Below, piece after piece: positions 25,515-36,606 of a stretch of DNA of 64,000 nucleotides. Location of the stretch: assembly GCA_046757525.1 (NCBI GenBank), contig JBHHYI010000001.1, forward strand, positions 1 to 64,000, given 5' to 3'. The first letter of the stretch is position 1; each line of letters starts with the position of its first letter. Position numbers and translations under genes: made by a program. The notes beneath the pieces are model-generated. The model saw only the letters and a list, made by a program, of their open reading frames with translations, was not told the DNA's origin and searched no databases. Origin of the DNA: a bacterium (GTDB lineage: Bacteria > Zhuqueibacterota > Zhuqueibacteria > Oceanimicrobiales > Oceanimicrobiaceae).

Positions 25515-26845
25515 TTAGTGGCTTTCAGAGCATTTTTAAGATACCTGAATTAAAGCAGCGTATTTTGTTTACGGTGTTGATCCTGGTGGTGTACCGCATC
25601 GGCGGACACGTGCCGATTCCTGGCGTCAACAGCCAGGCGTTGATCGCCTTTTTTTCCGAAGCCAAACAGGGCGGCGGCTTGTTAGGCCTCTACGATTTGT
25701 TCGCTGGTGGCGCGTTTCGCCGGGCCACGGTGTTCGCACTGGGCATCATGCCGTACATCTCGGCTTCCATCATCATTCAGCTTTTGGGGGCCGTGGTGCC
25801 GTATTTCCAAAAGCTGCAAAAGGAAGGCGAAGAGGGGCGGAAAAAGATTACTCAATACACGCGCTATGGCACCGTCCTGATTTCCAGTTTGCAAGCCTAC
25901 GGTGTAAGTGTCTTTTTGGAATCCATCCGAACCAGCGCAAATCTGCTGGTTGTACCCAATCCCGGGTGGGGATTTCGTCTGTTAACTTTGATCACCCTGG
26001 GCGCAGGCACTATTCTGATTATGTGGCTTGGTGAGCAAATCACCGAGCGCGGCATTGGTAACGGGATATCTTTGATCATTTTTATTGGCATTATCGCTAC
26101 CTTGCCTAATGCATTGTTAGATGAATACCAACAGATTGCCGGTGGCAATCGCGCGATTCTAACTGAAGTGTTCTTATTGGGGCTGATGGTCATCACGGTG
26201 GCGGCGGTCGTCGCATTGACGCAGGGCACTCGAAAGATCCCGGTTCAGTATGCCAAGCGGGTGGTGGGAAGAAAAATCTATGGTGGCCAAAGTACCCATA
26301 TTCCGCTGCGAGTGAACACGGCGGGGGTGATGCCCATCATATTTGCGCAATCTATTATGTTTGTACCGCGCACGATCTTGACCTTTTTTCCGAGCAGCGA
26401 ATTTATGAACACCATAGCCCGCTATTTCGATTTTCAATCCATAGTTTATTGGATTGTTTACGGTATTTTGATCGTCTTTTTTACTTATTTTTACACTGCC
26501 ATCGCCTTCAACCCTGTGGATGTTGCGGATAACATGAAAAAGTACGGCGGTTTCATTCCAGGGGTCCGGCCGGGGAAGAAGACCGCTGAATTTATTGACA
26601 ACATTTTGACCAGAATAACTTTGCCGGGGTCGATTTGCCTGGCGGTTATCGCCATCTTTCCGTTCATAATCACACGGTTTGTGAATGTGTCTTTTAACTT
26701 TGCTTCGTTTTATGGTGGCACCTCTTTACTGATCGTCGTGGGTGTGGCATTGGATACACTGCAGCAATTAGAATCGCATCTGTTAATGCGTCATTATGAT
26801 GGGTTCATGAAAGGTTCGAAGATTAAAGGAAGGCGACGGTTTTGA
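25511..26845 (+). CDS. secY: Preprotein translocase subunit SecY
   Basis: [39 protein letters not shown]. Confidence 0.99.
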   Translation: MISGFQSIFKIPELKQRILFTVLILVVYRIGGHVPIPGVNSQALIAFFSEAKQGGGLLGLYDLFAGGAFRRATVFALGIMPYISASIIIQLLGAVVPYFQKLQKEGEEGRKKITQYTRYGTVLISSLQAYGVSVFLESIRTSANLLVVPNPGWGFRLLTLITLGAGTILIMWLGEQITERGIGNGISLIIFIGIIATLPNALLDEYQQIAGGNRAILTEVFLLGLMVITVAAVVALTQGTRKIPVQYAKRVVGRKIYGGQSTHIPLRVNTAGVMPIIFAQSIMFVPRTILTFFPSSEFMNTIARYFDFQSIVYWIVYGILIVFFTYFYTAIAFNPVDVADNMKKYGGFIPGVRPGKKTAEFIDNILTRITLPGSICLAVIAIFPFIITRFVNVSFNFASFYGGTSLLIVVGVALDTLQQLESHLLMRHYDGFMKGSKIKGRRRF

Positions 26846-26882
26846 TCAGTCGAAAACAACGGCACGTTGTTTGGGTTTGGGC

Positions 26883-27632
26883 ATGATTCACATACGCAGC
26901 AAACGAGAAATCGAGTTAATCCGAAACAGTTGTGAAATCGTCGTTGGGGCCTTCGAATTAGCCAATAAGCTGATCGAGCCCGGGGTTGAAACGGGGCTTA
27001 TCGATAAAGAAGTTGAAAAGTATATTGTGTCGAAAGGGGCGCAGCCCGCATTTAAGGGCTACCGTGGGTTTCCAGCGAGCACTTGCATTTCTGTTGACAA
27101 TGAGGTCGTCCACGGCATTCCGGGCAATCGAATCCTCAGAGCGGGCGAGATCGTCAGTGTGGACATAGGTGTAGAATACCAGGGATTTTACGGGGACAGC
27201 GCTTACACCTACGCTGTGGGAGAAATCTCCTCGCAAAAGGTCCGTTTGCTCGAAGTAACGTTAGAAGCATTGCAAAAGGGTCTGGAACAAGCCAAAGCCG
27301 GCAACAGGCTGATGGACATTTCTTACACGATTCAAACGGTGGTCGAGAACGCTCATTGTTCCGTTGTCAGAGATTTGGTGGGGCATGGGATTGGTACCAA
27401 ATTGCATGAAGACCCCCAGATTCCTAATTATGGTTCGCCTAATTCTGGACCCCGGCTCAGGTCAGGCATGGTCTTGGCCATAGAGCCCATGGTTAATATG
27501 GGGGACTATCAAGTAAAAACATTGTCGGACAATTGGACGGTGGTAACGGCGGATGGTTCGCCCTCAGCGCATTTTGAACATACTGTTGTGGTGACTCAAA
27601 ATGGACCGGAAATTCTAACAAATCGGTTTTGA
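26883..27632 (+). CDS. map: Type I methionine aminopeptidase
   Basis: VVHGIP, GHGIG..LHEDP, AIEPM, SAHFEHT. Confidence 0.98.
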   Translation: MIHIRSKREIELIRNSCEIVVGAFELANKLIEPGVETGLIDKEVEKYIVSKGAQPAFKGYRGFPASTCISVDNEVVHGIPGNRILRAGEIVSVDIGVEYQGFYGDSAYTYAVGEISSQKVRLLEVTLEALQKGLEQAKAGNRLMDISYTIQTVVENAHCSVVRDLVGHGIGTKLHEDPQIPNYGSPNSGPRLRSGMVLAIEPMVNMGDYQVKTLSDNWTVVTADGSPSAHFEHTVVVTQNGPEILTNRF

Positions 27633-27637
27633 TTCTT

Positions 27638-27856
27638 ATGGCGAAAGAACCTCCCATAAAAGTAGACGGGACGATCATTGAAACGCTGCCCAACGCGACT
27701 TTTAGAGTTGAATTGGAAAACGGTCATAAAGTGTTGGCTCACATATCAGGTAAAATGAGGATGCATTTCATCAAAATTCTACCCGGAGATAAAGTCACTC
27801 TTGAGCTTTCACCTTACGATCTGAGCAGGGGACGCATCATCTATCGATACAAATGA
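27638..27856 (+). CDS. infA: Translation initiation factor IF-1
   Basis: [23 protein letters not shown]. Confidence 0.99.
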   Translation: MAKEPPIKVDGTIIETLPNATFRVELENGHKVLAHISGKMRMHFIKILPGDKVTLELSPYDLSRGRIIYRYK

Positions 27857-27865
27857 GGCAAGAGC

Positions 27866-27979
27866 ATGAAAGTAAGGTCTTCATTGAAGAGAATATGCGA
27901 TAATTGTAAGATTATTCGCAGAAAAGGTCGGCTGCTGGTGATTTGCAAGAATCCGAGGCACAAGCAGCGTCAAGGGTAA
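27866..27979 (+). CDS. rpmJ: 50S ribosomal protein bL36, 37 aa, not in ORF track
   Basis: Manual translation [37 protein letters not shown]. Confidence 0.98.
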   Translation: MKVRSSLKRICDNCKIIRRKGRLLVICKNPRHKQRQG

Positions 27980-28015
27980 GAACAAGAGTATGCAAGTATC
28001 TTAAGGAGGCTTTAA

Positions 28016-28390
28016 TTGGCAAGAATTTCTGGAGTTGATTTACCGAAGGAGAAACGGGTAGAAGTTGGCCTGACTTACATCTTTGGCATCGGCCTTTCAT
28101 CTTCAAAAAGCATTCTCAAAAAAGCCGGTGTGGATCCCGATAAGCGTGTCAAAGATCTGAGCAATGACGAAGTGGCCAAAATCCGCAACATCATTTCCTC
28201 CGATCATAAGGTTGAAGGGGCTTTGCGGACGGAAATAACCATGAACGTAAAGAGGCTCATGGATATCGGCTGCTATCGGGGGTTGCGTCACCGTCGGGGG
28301 TTGCCTGTGAGAGGTCAAAGAACGCACACCAACGCAAGAACCCGAAGAGGCGGCAGAAGGTCCGTGATAGGCGGCAGAAAGAAATCTTAG
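28016..28390 (+). CDS. rpsM: 30S ribosomal protein uS13 (TTG start)
   Basis: [26 protein letters not shown]. Confidence 0.99.
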   Translation: MARISGVDLPKEKRVEVGLTYIFGIGLSSSKSILKKAGVDPDKRVKDLSNDEVAKIRNIISSDHKVEGALRTEITMNVKRLMDIGCYRGLRHRRGLPVRGQRTHTNARTRRGGRRSVIGGRKKS

Positions 28391-28420
28391 TTTTGTAATG
28401 ATTGAAAGAGGACAACGTTA

Positions 28421-28810
28421 ATGTCACCCCCAAAAAGACAAAAAGCTAAAAAGAAAGAAAAGGTAGAAGCGAATGGTGTGGCCAACATCAAGGCGACCTT
28501 TAACAATACGATCATTTCCCTCACCGATCAGTATGGTAACGTAATTTCGTGGGCGTCAGCCGGCAAGATCGGTTTTAAGGGATCCCGCAAAAGCACGCCG
28601 TTTGCAGCGCAATTAGCTGCTGAATCCGCTGCCAAAGAGGCCATGGAGTTGGGGTTGCAACGGGTGGAGGTGCTGATCAAGGGACCAGGGGCGGGGCGCG
28701 AATCGGCTGTGCGATCGTTGCAGGCAGCAGGTTTGGAAATCACAGCGATTAAAGATGTTACGCCTATTCCCCATAATGGTTGTAGACCGCCCAAAAGAAG
28801 ACGTGTTTAG
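28421..28810 (+). CDS. rpsK: 30S ribosomal protein uS11
   Basis: [28 protein letters not shown]. Confidence 0.99.
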   Translation: MSPPKRQKAKKKEKVEANGVANIKATFNNTIISLTDQYGNVISWASAGKIGFKGSRKSTPFAAQLAAESAAKEAMELGLQRVEVLIKGPGAGRESAVRSLQAAGLEITAIKDVTPIPHNGCRPPKRRRV

Positions 28811-28843
28811 TGTTTAATTCTTATTCTGGAGGCATGGTTTTTT

Positions 28844-29473
28844 ATGGCGAGATATATTGGTCCCGTTTGTAAAATATGTCGAAGAGAGGGGCAAAAACTA
28901 TTTCTGAAGGGTTCAAAATGCACCTCTTCAAAATGTCCCATTGAAAAGAGGGCTTATCCGCCTGGACAACACGGGCGCATTCGTAGATTCAAGCAATCTG
29001 AGTATGGCATTCAATTGCGTGAAAAGCAAAAGGTACGCAGAACCTACGGACTGCTGGAATCGCAGTTCAGAAACTATTTCGCCACGGCCGAACGTCAGAA
29101 AGGAATAACGAGCGAAATTCTGTTGCAACTTTTGGAACGCAGATTAGACAATGTCGTCTACCGTTTGGGCTTTGCCTCGTCACGGAAAGAAGCGCGTCAA
29201 CTGGTTAGACACCGGCATTTTTTGGTAAACGACAAGCTGGTGGATATTCCTTCTTATAGCCTCAAGGCCGGCGATGAAGTAAAAGTCAAAGAGAAGAGCA
29301 AAAAGTTAGAAGTCATTCACGCTTCGATGAAAAAGATGCGCGAGGGGCAGTTGTTGCCCTGGCTGGAGCTGGACAAAGCTCGCATGACCGGCACTATGTT
29401 GACTGTTCCCAAACGTGCTGACATTCCATTGGAAGCCGATGAGTCTTTAATTGTTGAACTTTATTCCAAATAA
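28844..29473 (+). CDS. rpsD: 30S ribosomal protein uS4 (Zn type)
   Basis: CKICRREG..KC...KC, QLREKQK, LERRLDNVVYRLG. Confidence 0.99.
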   Translation: MARYIGPVCKICRREGQKLFLKGSKCTSSKCPIEKRAYPPGQHGRIRRFKQSEYGIQLREKQKVRRTYGLLESQFRNYFATAERQKGITSEILLQLLERRLDNVVYRLGFASSRKEARQLVRHRHFLVNDKLVDIPSYSLKAGDEVKVKEKSKKLEVIHASMKKMREGQLLPWLELDKARMTGTMLTVPKRADIPLEADESLIVELYSK

Positions 29474-29499
29474 ATTAGCGTATTTGGAGATATTAAAAT

Positions 29500-30486
29500 A
29501 TGATATGGCCTAATTTACAAATTCCTGAAAACGTGTTGCTGGATGACGTTAGCTATTCCAATTCTTATGGGAAATTCATTCTGCAACCCCTTGAAAGAGG
29601 GTTTGGTGTTACCATTGGAAACGCACTGCGTCGGGTCTTGCTTTCCTCTTTGCCCGGTGCGGCCATCACCATGATTCGCGTGGATAGCGTGCTGCACGAG
29701 TTTGCCACCATTCCAGGTGTGGTAGAAGATGTCTCAGATATGATCTTGAACCTGAAGCAGGTTCGTTTCAAACTCCTCAGCAAGCGCCCTGAAAAGGTGA
29801 TGATTCATTTGAAAGGGCCCAATGATTTCAGAGCGGGAGCCATTCAGAACGGCACTACTGAGTTCGAAATATTGAATCCCGATCTGCACATTGCGACTTT
29901 GAACGAGGATGCTGACTTCGACATGGAATTGAGGATTTCTCGCGGGCATGGGTATGTGCCAGCCGAAGAGAACAAGCAGCCGGATCAGCCAATTGGCGCC
30001 ATTCCCCTCGATGCCATTTTTACTCCCATTAGAAAAGCAACTTATCACGTGGAAAACACACGATTAGGGCACCGTACCGACTACGAGAAGTTGGTTTTGG
30101 AAGTGGAAACCGATGGCAGCATTACCCCCGACGATGCGCTCACTTACGCGGCTAAAATCCTGAAGGACCACATTCAACTTTTCATTAATTTCGACATCGA
30201 GCCTGAGGAAGAAGATACAGTGGAAGTGGATGAAGAGGTTCTGCAAACGCGAAAGCTGCTGCGAATGCCGGTTGACGAATTGGAGTTGTCGGTGAGATCT
30301 TACAACTGTCTCATGGCCGCCAACATAAAAACCATTGGAGATCTGGTCAAACGCGACGAGCACGAAATGCTGAAATTCAGAAATTTCGGCAGAAAGTCGC
30401 TGCAGGAATTGACAAAAATACTGGAAGAAAAAGGGCTTCATTTTGGTTTCGATACGGACAAGTACTTAAAGGGGGATAACGAATAG
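29500..30486 (+). CDS. rpoA: RNA polymerase alpha subunit
   Basis: PLERGFGVTIGNALRRVLLSS, LELSVRSYNCL, NFGRKS. Confidence 0.99.
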   Translation: MIWPNLQIPENVLLDDVSYSNSYGKFILQPLERGFGVTIGNALRRVLLSSLPGAAITMIRVDSVLHEFATIPGVVEDVSDMILNLKQVRFKLLSKRPEKVMIHLKGPNDFRAGAIQNGTTEFEILNPDLHIATLNEDADFDMELRISRGHGYVPAEENKQPDQPIGAIPLDAIFTPIRKATYHVENTRLGHRTDYEKLVLEVETDGSITPDDALTYAAKILKDHIQLFINFDIEPEEEDTVEVDEEVLQTRKLLRMPVDELELSVRSYNCLMAANIKTIGDLVKRDEHEMLKFRNFGRKSLQELTKILEEKGLHFGFDTDKYLKGDNE

Positions 30487-30490
30487 GAAG

Positions 30491-30934
30491 ATGAGACACA
30501 GGAAAGCTGGAAGAAAGTTAGGCCGGACTGCGAGTCATAGAAAAGCATTGCTTGCCAACCTGGCGCAGGCCCTGTTTGAGCACAAACAAATCAAGACTAC
30601 CACGGCTAAGGCAAAAGAGGCGAAGAGGACCGTCGAACGATTGATTACTTTTGCTAAAGGCGGCAGCGTGGCCGATCGCAGGCAGGTGCTAAAGGTGATC
30701 CGGGACAAGGCAATCGTCAAGCTTCTTTTCGATGAAATTGCTCCTACCTATATGGACCGGAAGGGCGGCTACACCAGGGTTATCAAGCTGGGCCGTCGAA
30801 TGGGTGATGGTGCAGATATGGCTATTTTGGAGCTGGTGGGTTATGAAGGCGCGTTAATCGAGAAACTCAAGTCTCGCGAAGAAGAGAAAAGCAAGAAGAA
30901 GAAGCCCAAAAAAGAAACGGAAGCCGCAGAATAG
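30491..30934 (+). CDS. rplQ: 50S ribosomal protein bL17
   Basis: MRHRKAGRKLGR, GGYTRVIK. Confidence 0.99.
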   Translation: MRHRKAGRKLGRTASHRKALLANLAQALFEHKQIKTTTAKAKEAKRTVERLITFAKGGSVADRRQVLKVIRDKAIVKLLFDEIAPTYMDRKGGYTRVIKLGRRMGDGADMAILELVGYEGALIEKLKSREEEKSKKKKPKKETEAAE

Positions 30935-30975
30935 CAGTTTGACCGGATGGGTACAGTATTTGGGTTGTTGCAAAC

Positions 30976-31012
30976 AAAGGCCGGATGTTTGATTTAACAG
31001 TCGGCTTTTTTT
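30976..31012 (+). terminator. Intrinsic terminator of ribosomal superoperon
   Basis: GCCGGATGTT...AACAGTCGGC imperfect stem followed by T7. Confidence 0.75.
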
Positions 31013-31053
31013 ATTTTTCCGGCTTCAACAAAAAAATCTGAGAATTGAGTGCT

Positions 31054-32709
31054 ATGAGCGATGAAAACAAAGTCAGCGTGAGGGCGCCGAGAACGGTTAC
31101 TCTCACGTGCAAGGGTTGGGGCCAGGAAGCGGCCATGCGGATGCTGATGAACAATTTGGATCCCGAAGTCGCTGAAGCTCCGGAGAAGTTGATTATCTAT
31201 GGGGGGACTGGCAAAGCGGCGAGAAATTGGGATTGTTACCATGCCATCGTGAGGTGCCTGCAAAACCTGGAGAACGACGAGACGTTGCTCGTGCAGTCGG
31301 GTAAACCTGTGGGGATTTTTAGGACCCACCCTCAGGCCCCAAGGGTGTTGATCGCCAATTCATTGTTGGTACCGGCCTGGGCAAATGCGCAATACTTCCG
31401 CAACCTGGAAGACAAAGGGCTGATCATGTACGGCCAAATGACCGCGGGTAGCTGGATTTACATCGGCACACAAGGAATCTTGCAAGGCACTTATGAAACT
31501 TTTGCTGCTGCGGCTAAAAAGCACTTTGGCGGTGACTTAAAGGGCAAGCTCGTCGTCTCCGGTGGTTTAGGCGGTATGGGAGGAGCCCAGCCCCTGGCTG
31601 CCACCATGAACGGCGGTGCCTTCCTGGGAATAGAAGTGGACCGTAACCGAATTGCCAGGCGCCTTAAAACCGGTTATTGCGACCAAATGACCGAAGATTT
31701 GGATGAAGCTTTGAGAATCGTTTTGGAGGCTAAGGACAGCGCACAGGCCATTTCGGTGGGTCTGGTGGGGAATTGTGCGGAAGTCTTGCCCCAGTTGGTG
31801 CAAAGGCAAGTTGTGCCGGATTTGCTGACCGATCAAACCTCAGCTCATGACGAGCTCAACGGCTATGTGCCGGCCGGGCTGCCGCTTGAAAAAGCGCTGC
31901 AGTTGAGGACCCAGGATCCCGAGGAATACATTCGCAGAAGTTACGAGTCGATGGCACGCCATGTCAAAGCGATGCTGGAGCTCAACAAAATGGGCGCTGT
32001 GACTTTCGATTACGGTAACAATTTGAGGGGGCAAGCCCTCAAAGCAGGTGTGCAAGATGCCTTTGATTTTCCCGGTTTTGTGCCTGCCTACATTCGGCCG
32101 CTGTTCTGCGAAGGCAAAGGGCCATTTCGCTGGGTGGCACTTTCTGGCGATCCGGAAGACATTTACAAAACCGATGAGGTGGTTTTGAAGTTGTTTCCGG
32201 AAAATGAATCCCTTGTTCGCTGGATTGGTCTGGCCCGGAAACGGATTCAGTTTCAAGGGCTGCCTGCGCGAATTTGTTGGTTGGGCTATGGGGAGAGGGC
32301 CAGGTTTGGCCTGGCCATCAATGACATGGTTGGCAAAGGTGAAATCAAAGCGCCCATCGTAATCGGTAGAGATCACCTGGACACCGGCTCTGTGGCTTCC
32401 CCGAATCGAGAAACCGAAGGCATGCTGGACGGCTCCGACGCCATTGCTGACTGGCCCATACTCAATGGCCTGCTCAATGCCGTATCGGGTGCCACCTGGG
32501 TGTCGGTACACCATGGTGGCGGCGTTGGAATCGGGAACTCCATTCATGCCGGGCAGGTCGTCGTTGCCGACGGGACGCAAGAAGCCGCAGAGCGATTAGA
32601 GCGCGTGCTGACCAATGATCCAGGCATCGGCATAGCCAGGCATGCGGACGCGGGTTATCAGGGGGCAATCGACACCGCGAAGAAGCACGAAATAAAGATT
32701 CCCATGTAG
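31054..32709 (+). CDS. hutU: Urocanate hydratase
   Basis: [40 protein letters not shown]. Confidence 0.98.
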   Translation: MSDENKVSVRAPRTVTLTCKGWGQEAAMRMLMNNLDPEVAEAPEKLIIYGGTGKAARNWDCYHAIVRCLQNLENDETLLVQSGKPVGIFRTHPQAPRVLIANSLLVPAWANAQYFRNLEDKGLIMYGQMTAGSWIYIGTQGILQGTYETFAAAAKKHFGGDLKGKLVVSGGLGGMGGAQPLAATMNGGAFLGIEVDRNRIARRLKTGYCDQMTEDLDEALRIVLEAKDSAQAISVGLVGNCAEVLPQLVQRQVVPDLLTDQTSAHDELNGYVPAGLPLEKALQLRTQDPEEYIRRSYESMARHVKAMLELNKMGAVTFDYGNNLRGQALKAGVQDAFDFPGFVPAYIRPLFCEGKGPFRWVALSGDPEDIYKTDEVVLKLFPENESLVRWIGLARKRIQFQGLPARICWLGYGERARFGLAINDMVGKGEIKAPIVIGRDHLDTGSVASPNRETEGMLDGSDAIADWPILNGLLNAVSGATWVSVHHGGGVGIGNSIHAGQVVVADGTQEAAERLERVLTNDPGIGIARHADAGYQGAIDTAKKHEIKIPM

Positions 32710-32823
32710 TCCTCGTGAGAAGCTTTCTTTAGGGAGGGAAAGGCACCATTTGGAAAGCAACCCGCACCAGAAATTCGATTTTCCCGTCCCATTTGTACGC
32801 TTTAATCTTGACTTTAGCAAAAA

Positions 32824-34083
32824 TTGAAGGCCGATTTATTAATCCAAAATGCTGAGGAGATCGCAACCGGGCAGGCGATTGCTGACTTTGCTCCGGCTAA
32901 GTGGTCGGTGTTTAAGGGAACCAGTCTCGCTGCCTTTGAGGGCAAAATCGTAGCCCTGGGGCCGAATCGCCAGGTTCAAGAAACGGTTGAAATGGCTGAC
33001 AACGGGGTCACTATCGACGCTACCGGCAAAACCGTGACCCCCGGGTTCGTGGACTGCCACACACACCCAATTTTCAAAGATGCGCGTGAACAGGAGTTTG
33101 AAATGCGGGTGGTGGGAAAGAGTTACGAGGAAATTGCAGAAGCCGGTGGTGGGATTCGTGCCAGTGTTAGAAGTCTACGTCGAGCTTCCAAAGAGCAATT
33201 GGTGCAAGCAGCCCTGCCGCGCCTGGACCGCTTTCTCGCACATGGCACCACCACCATCGAAGCAAAATCGGGCTACGGGTTGACGCTTGAGGATGAAGTC
33301 AAATCGTTGGAAGTGATTGCCGAGCTGAATCGGTTGCACCCCCTCGATATCGTTCCCACCTTTTTGGGCGCACACGAGATTCCTGATGAATATCGAGGCC
33401 AAACGGGAAAGTATCTCGAGGTGGTCATCAATGAAATGCTTCCCAGGGTTGTGGAAAACAACTTAGCTGAATTCTGCGACATATTCTGCGAGGCCAATGT
33501 TTTCTCCACCCAGGAGGTGCGCAAACTATTTGCCGCGGCCAGGAATGCCGGTTTGAAATTAAAGATTCATGCCGACCAATTGACTGCCAACGGTGGGGCT
33601 TCGTTAGCCGCAGAATTTGGTGCCGTGTCAGCCGACCACCTGGAATACACCACAGCCGGCGATTGGGCCAACCTGCTGCACAACCAGGTCGTTCCTGTGC
33701 TCCTGCCAGGCGCTGTTTTTTTTATCGGCAAAGACAAGTACGCCAGGGCTCGTGAGATGGTGAAGATGGGCCTACCAGTCGCTGTCGCCACCGATTTCAA
33801 TCCTGGGACCTGCATGTCCGAGTCCATGCCACTCATGCTCACCTTGAGCTGTCTGAAACTGAAGCTCACACCGGCCGAAACCCTTGTGGCCGCTACCTAT
33901 CACGCCGCATTAGCCATTGATCGGGGGAACTTATTGGGCACTCTTGAAGTAGGAAAAAAGGCTGATTTAGTAATCTGGGATATTCCAAACTTTAAGCACA
34001 TCCCCTATCATTTCGGTGTTAACCTGGTCAGGACCGTAATTAAGAATGGGAATATAGTTTATGAAATCCAAGACTCCCGGTGA
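32824..34083 (+). CDS. hutI: Imidazolonepropionase
   Basis: PGFVDCHTH, EAKSGYGL, ATDFNPG; adjacent to hutU. Confidence 0.96.
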   Translation: MKADLLIQNAEEIATGQAIADFAPAKWSVFKGTSLAAFEGKIVALGPNRQVQETVEMADNGVTIDATGKTVTPGFVDCHTHPIFKDAREQEFEMRVVGKSYEEIAEAGGGIRASVRSLRRASKEQLVQAALPRLDRFLAHGTTTIEAKSGYGLTLEDEVKSLEVIAELNRLHPLDIVPTFLGAHEIPDEYRGQTGKYLEVVINEMLPRVVENNLAEFCDIFCEANVFSTQEVRKLFAAARNAGLKLKIHADQLTANGGASLAAEFGAVSADHLEYTTAGDWANLLHNQVVPVLLPGAVFFIGKDKYARAREMVKMGLPVAVATDFNPGTCMSESMPLMLTLSCLKLKLTPAETLVAATYHAALAIDRGNLLGTLEVGKKADLVIWDIPNFKHIPYHFGVNLVRTVIKNGNIVYEIQDSR

Positions 34084-35267
34084 ACATGAATAAGTTGAAT
34101 GGCAAGAGAATTAACCCAATCGTTTACGTTGTATTTGCACTCATGCCCATTCTTTCGAACGCGTGCAGTGGCGACAGTCCCATCGAAGGCTTCGACCTCA
34201 CCGATGTCACCGACAGAGGGGAGATTCGCAACACCGTTCTTGACACGCTGCAGTTAGAGATGAGTTTTGACAATGAGCTCGCACCCACCGGCCATGCCGT
34301 GCTTTTGTCATTGGGCGCTTTTGACAACGTGACGACCAAAATCCTGTTGAGATTTGCCACCTTGCCGGATTCGCTGGTCATCAGCTCAGCGAAGGTGATT
34401 CTGCATCCACACGCCGTTATTGGGCGCAGCAAAGGTTCCTTTACGGCAACAGCCCGTCAGGTTACTACGGATTGGGACGAAAGCACGGTGACTTCTGAGA
34501 GTTTTGACGAGTCGCAGGCTACCACCGTCGTGGGCATGGCGGAGATATTCTCAACCATTGGCAATGCGACCAGCAAGGATTCGAGTGTGGTCATACCTAT
34601 CGACCCGGCGTTGGTGAATGCCTGGATAGATTCTTCGGTGGCAAATCAAGGCATCTTGATCGACTTCTCCCGGGAACTTTTCATCGAAGAGTTTTTCTCA
34701 AAGGACAATTCGACCCAACGACCGCAATTGCAACTGCAGTATATGGTGGAAGATACGTTGCAGACGAACAGTTTTGTTGCCACGGCTGATGCCTTCCTGT
34801 TTAAAAGGACAAGTCCATTACCAAGCGGCCCCATTTATGTGGCTAACGGACTAAACCGGCGAAGCATTCTCAAATTTAAACTCTCTGAGATTCCCCGTGA
34901 GGCTACGGTTAGTAAAGCAATGCTGGATTTAAATATACAGCTCGGAAACACATTGCTCACCGGTGATGGCCTCAAGATTCAAGTTGTACCCCTACTTTCA
35001 GAATTTGTCTCGCCCGATTCCTTCAAAACGGATGCAAGTTTTGTTCTTGAGAGGGATGTGAGTGCTTCGGATGGTTCCATTCAGATGGACATTCGAAGTC
35101 TGCTTCAAACCTGGGTTTCCCAGACCAGAGAGAATTTTGGTTTTGTCATTAGATCGCGCAATCCAGATCGCGATGTCTCGCGCATTGCTTTTTTTTCCAC
35201 GGAGATCGACACGAGTTTAGCCCCCAAAGTGGCAGTAGACTTCACGATCCCCCCCCAAGGTAAATGA
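34080..35267 (+). CDS. Lipoprotein with two DNRLRE/DUF4270-like beta-sandwich domains
   Basis: Signal peptide with lipobox-like LSNAC; repeated pattern ILLRF..SAKVIL..WID..NQGILI..FFSKD..PQLQL and SILKF..KAMLDL..TWV..NFGFVI..FFSTE..PKVAV. Confidence 0.65.
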   Translation: MNMNKLNGKRINPIVYVVFALMPILSNACSGDSPIEGFDLTDVTDRGEIRNTVLDTLQLEMSFDNELAPTGHAVLLSLGAFDNVTTKILLRFATLPDSLVISSAKVILHPHAVIGRSKGSFTATARQVTTDWDESTVTSESFDESQATTVVGMAEIFSTIGNATSKDSSVVIPIDPALVNAWIDSSVANQGILIDFSRELFIEEFFSKDNSTQRPQLQLQYMVEDTLQTNSFVATADAFLFKRTSPLPSGPIYVANGLNRRSILKFKLSEIPREATVSKAMLDLNIQLGNTLLTGDGLKIQVVPLLSEFVSPDSFKTDASFVLERDVSASDGSIQMDIRSLLQTWVSQTRENFGFVIRSRNPDRDVSRIAFFSTEIDTSLAPKVAVDFTIPPQGK

Positions 35268-35290
35268 GATTTAAGTTTTAGGAAACGAAG

Positions 35291-36490
35291 ATGAAAACAC
35301 GCAGTTTGGTATTTTTTGTTTTGTTGCTTGGCCTGTCAACCAGCTTGAGTGCTCAATCCTTTTATTCCAGAAAGGGCATTGGTCTGGTACACTATTTTGT
35401 AAGCGGACGAAGCGTAGCCATGGGAGGCGTGGGACTGGCCTTCATAGAGCCTCTGACGGTGAACTACCTGAATCCTGCAGCCCTGGCCGCCCTACCACTC
35501 ACAACCGTTTCTGGCAATTTTTTACACCAGGCAGTCGATGTCAATGGTGCTTCACCCGATGCGTTCATATCCGATACCAACGTGGCCGGGTTGCAATTTG
35601 TTATTCCTATCAAGAAAGAGGTCATTTCAATCTCAATAGGGGCTGCCCCGTATAGCCGCATCCAATATGGCTTCAGCAATTTGGGGTCCGATGGGGAAAA
35701 CTCGTACCGGGAAACCGTGTCGGGCGATGGTGGCGTCACAAGTGCCTTCTTCAGCTTGGCAGTCCGACCGGTCAAAAGATTCTATCTCGGAATCACCGGA
35801 TTGTTTTATTTCGGCAGATTGAGCACTAATTGGCGCCTGGATTTCGTCAACTCGACACTGCAGGACGCGCGAGACAAAGTTTCACGTACTTTTAATGCTG
35901 GAAATTTTAGGGTTGGGGTGCTCTACAAGGTCAATTCAAGCTTGAATGTCGCAGCCGTGTTGTCCCCCTCTGTCACCCTGGACGCAAACAAAGAAGTTTC
36001 CACCCGCTTTTCAGAATTCACAGATTTCCCCAATTCAGACCTCGAACTCCCCCTGGCGTTTGGGCTGGGCACCTCCTGGAAGCTTAGCACCAAGATTCTG
36101 CTCGGCGCAGATTATTATACGGAGTTGTGGAGCAAAAGCAATTTCCAAGATGAGGGCATTGTAAACGACAGCCAACGAATTGCCCTGGGTATCGAGTTTT
36201 TACCAAATTCATCCGTTGCGGGTTCGTATCTTAGCCGAGTCGCCTACCGGGCAGGCTTTTTTTACCGAGATTTGGGTATTGAGGATCCAATAGGAGAAAG
36301 GGTAACGGAGTTTTTTGGTTCTATCGGACTGGGCTTGCCGGTCCGCTGGCGGGCGGGTAGGATTGACCTGGCCCTCGAAGGTGGTAGGCGGGGCTCGCTG
36401 TCCTCAAATCCCATCCGAGAGACGGTCGTTCGAGTTTCCGCCAGCATCTCTGTTGGACAAAAGTGGTTCTATCGCGGGGGACGACGGTAG
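35291..36490 (+). CDS. FadL/PorV-like outer-membrane beta-barrel
   Basis: Signal peptide; N-terminal SFYSRKGIG..RSVAMGG..NPAAL hatch motif; amphipathic beta strands; C-terminal QKWF. Confidence 0.75.
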   Translation: MKTRSLVFFVLLLGLSTSLSAQSFYSRKGIGLVHYFVSGRSVAMGGVGLAFIEPLTVNYLNPAALAALPLTTVSGNFLHQAVDVNGASPDAFISDTNVAGLQFVIPIKKEVISISIGAAPYSRIQYGFSNLGSDGENSYRETVSGDGGVTSAFFSLAVRPVKRFYLGITGLFYFGRLSTNWRLDFVNSTLQDARDKVSRTFNAGNFRVGVLYKVNSSLNVAAVLSPSVTLDANKEVSTRFSEFTDFPNSDLELPLAFGLGTSWKLSTKILLGADYYTELWSKSNFQDEGIVNDSQRIALGIEFLPNSSVAGSYLSRVAYRAGFFYRDLGIEDPIGERVTEFFGSIGLGLPVRWRAGRIDLALEGGRRGSLSSNPIRETVVRVSASISVGQKWFYRGGRR

Positions 36491-36512
36491 TAACTGGATT
36501 GTAACATTTTGC

Positions 36513-36541
36513 TTGATTTTTAGCGGATTATTTAGTAAAAT
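36513..36541 (+). promoter_or_regulatory. Putative sigma70 promoter
   Basis: TTGATT-17 nt-TAAAAT upstream of TPR gene. Confidence 0.5.
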
Positions 36542-36606
36542 CAAGAGCTTCAGTCCTCAGAGAATAAATCCACTTTCTAAGAAAATCAAATCTTTGGGAG
36601 GAAAAA

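Noticed and set aside
26860..26876. Sigma54-like CGGCACGTTGTTTGG before map
   Set aside because: The invariant -12 GC is GG, and the site is inside an operon immediately before the start codon.
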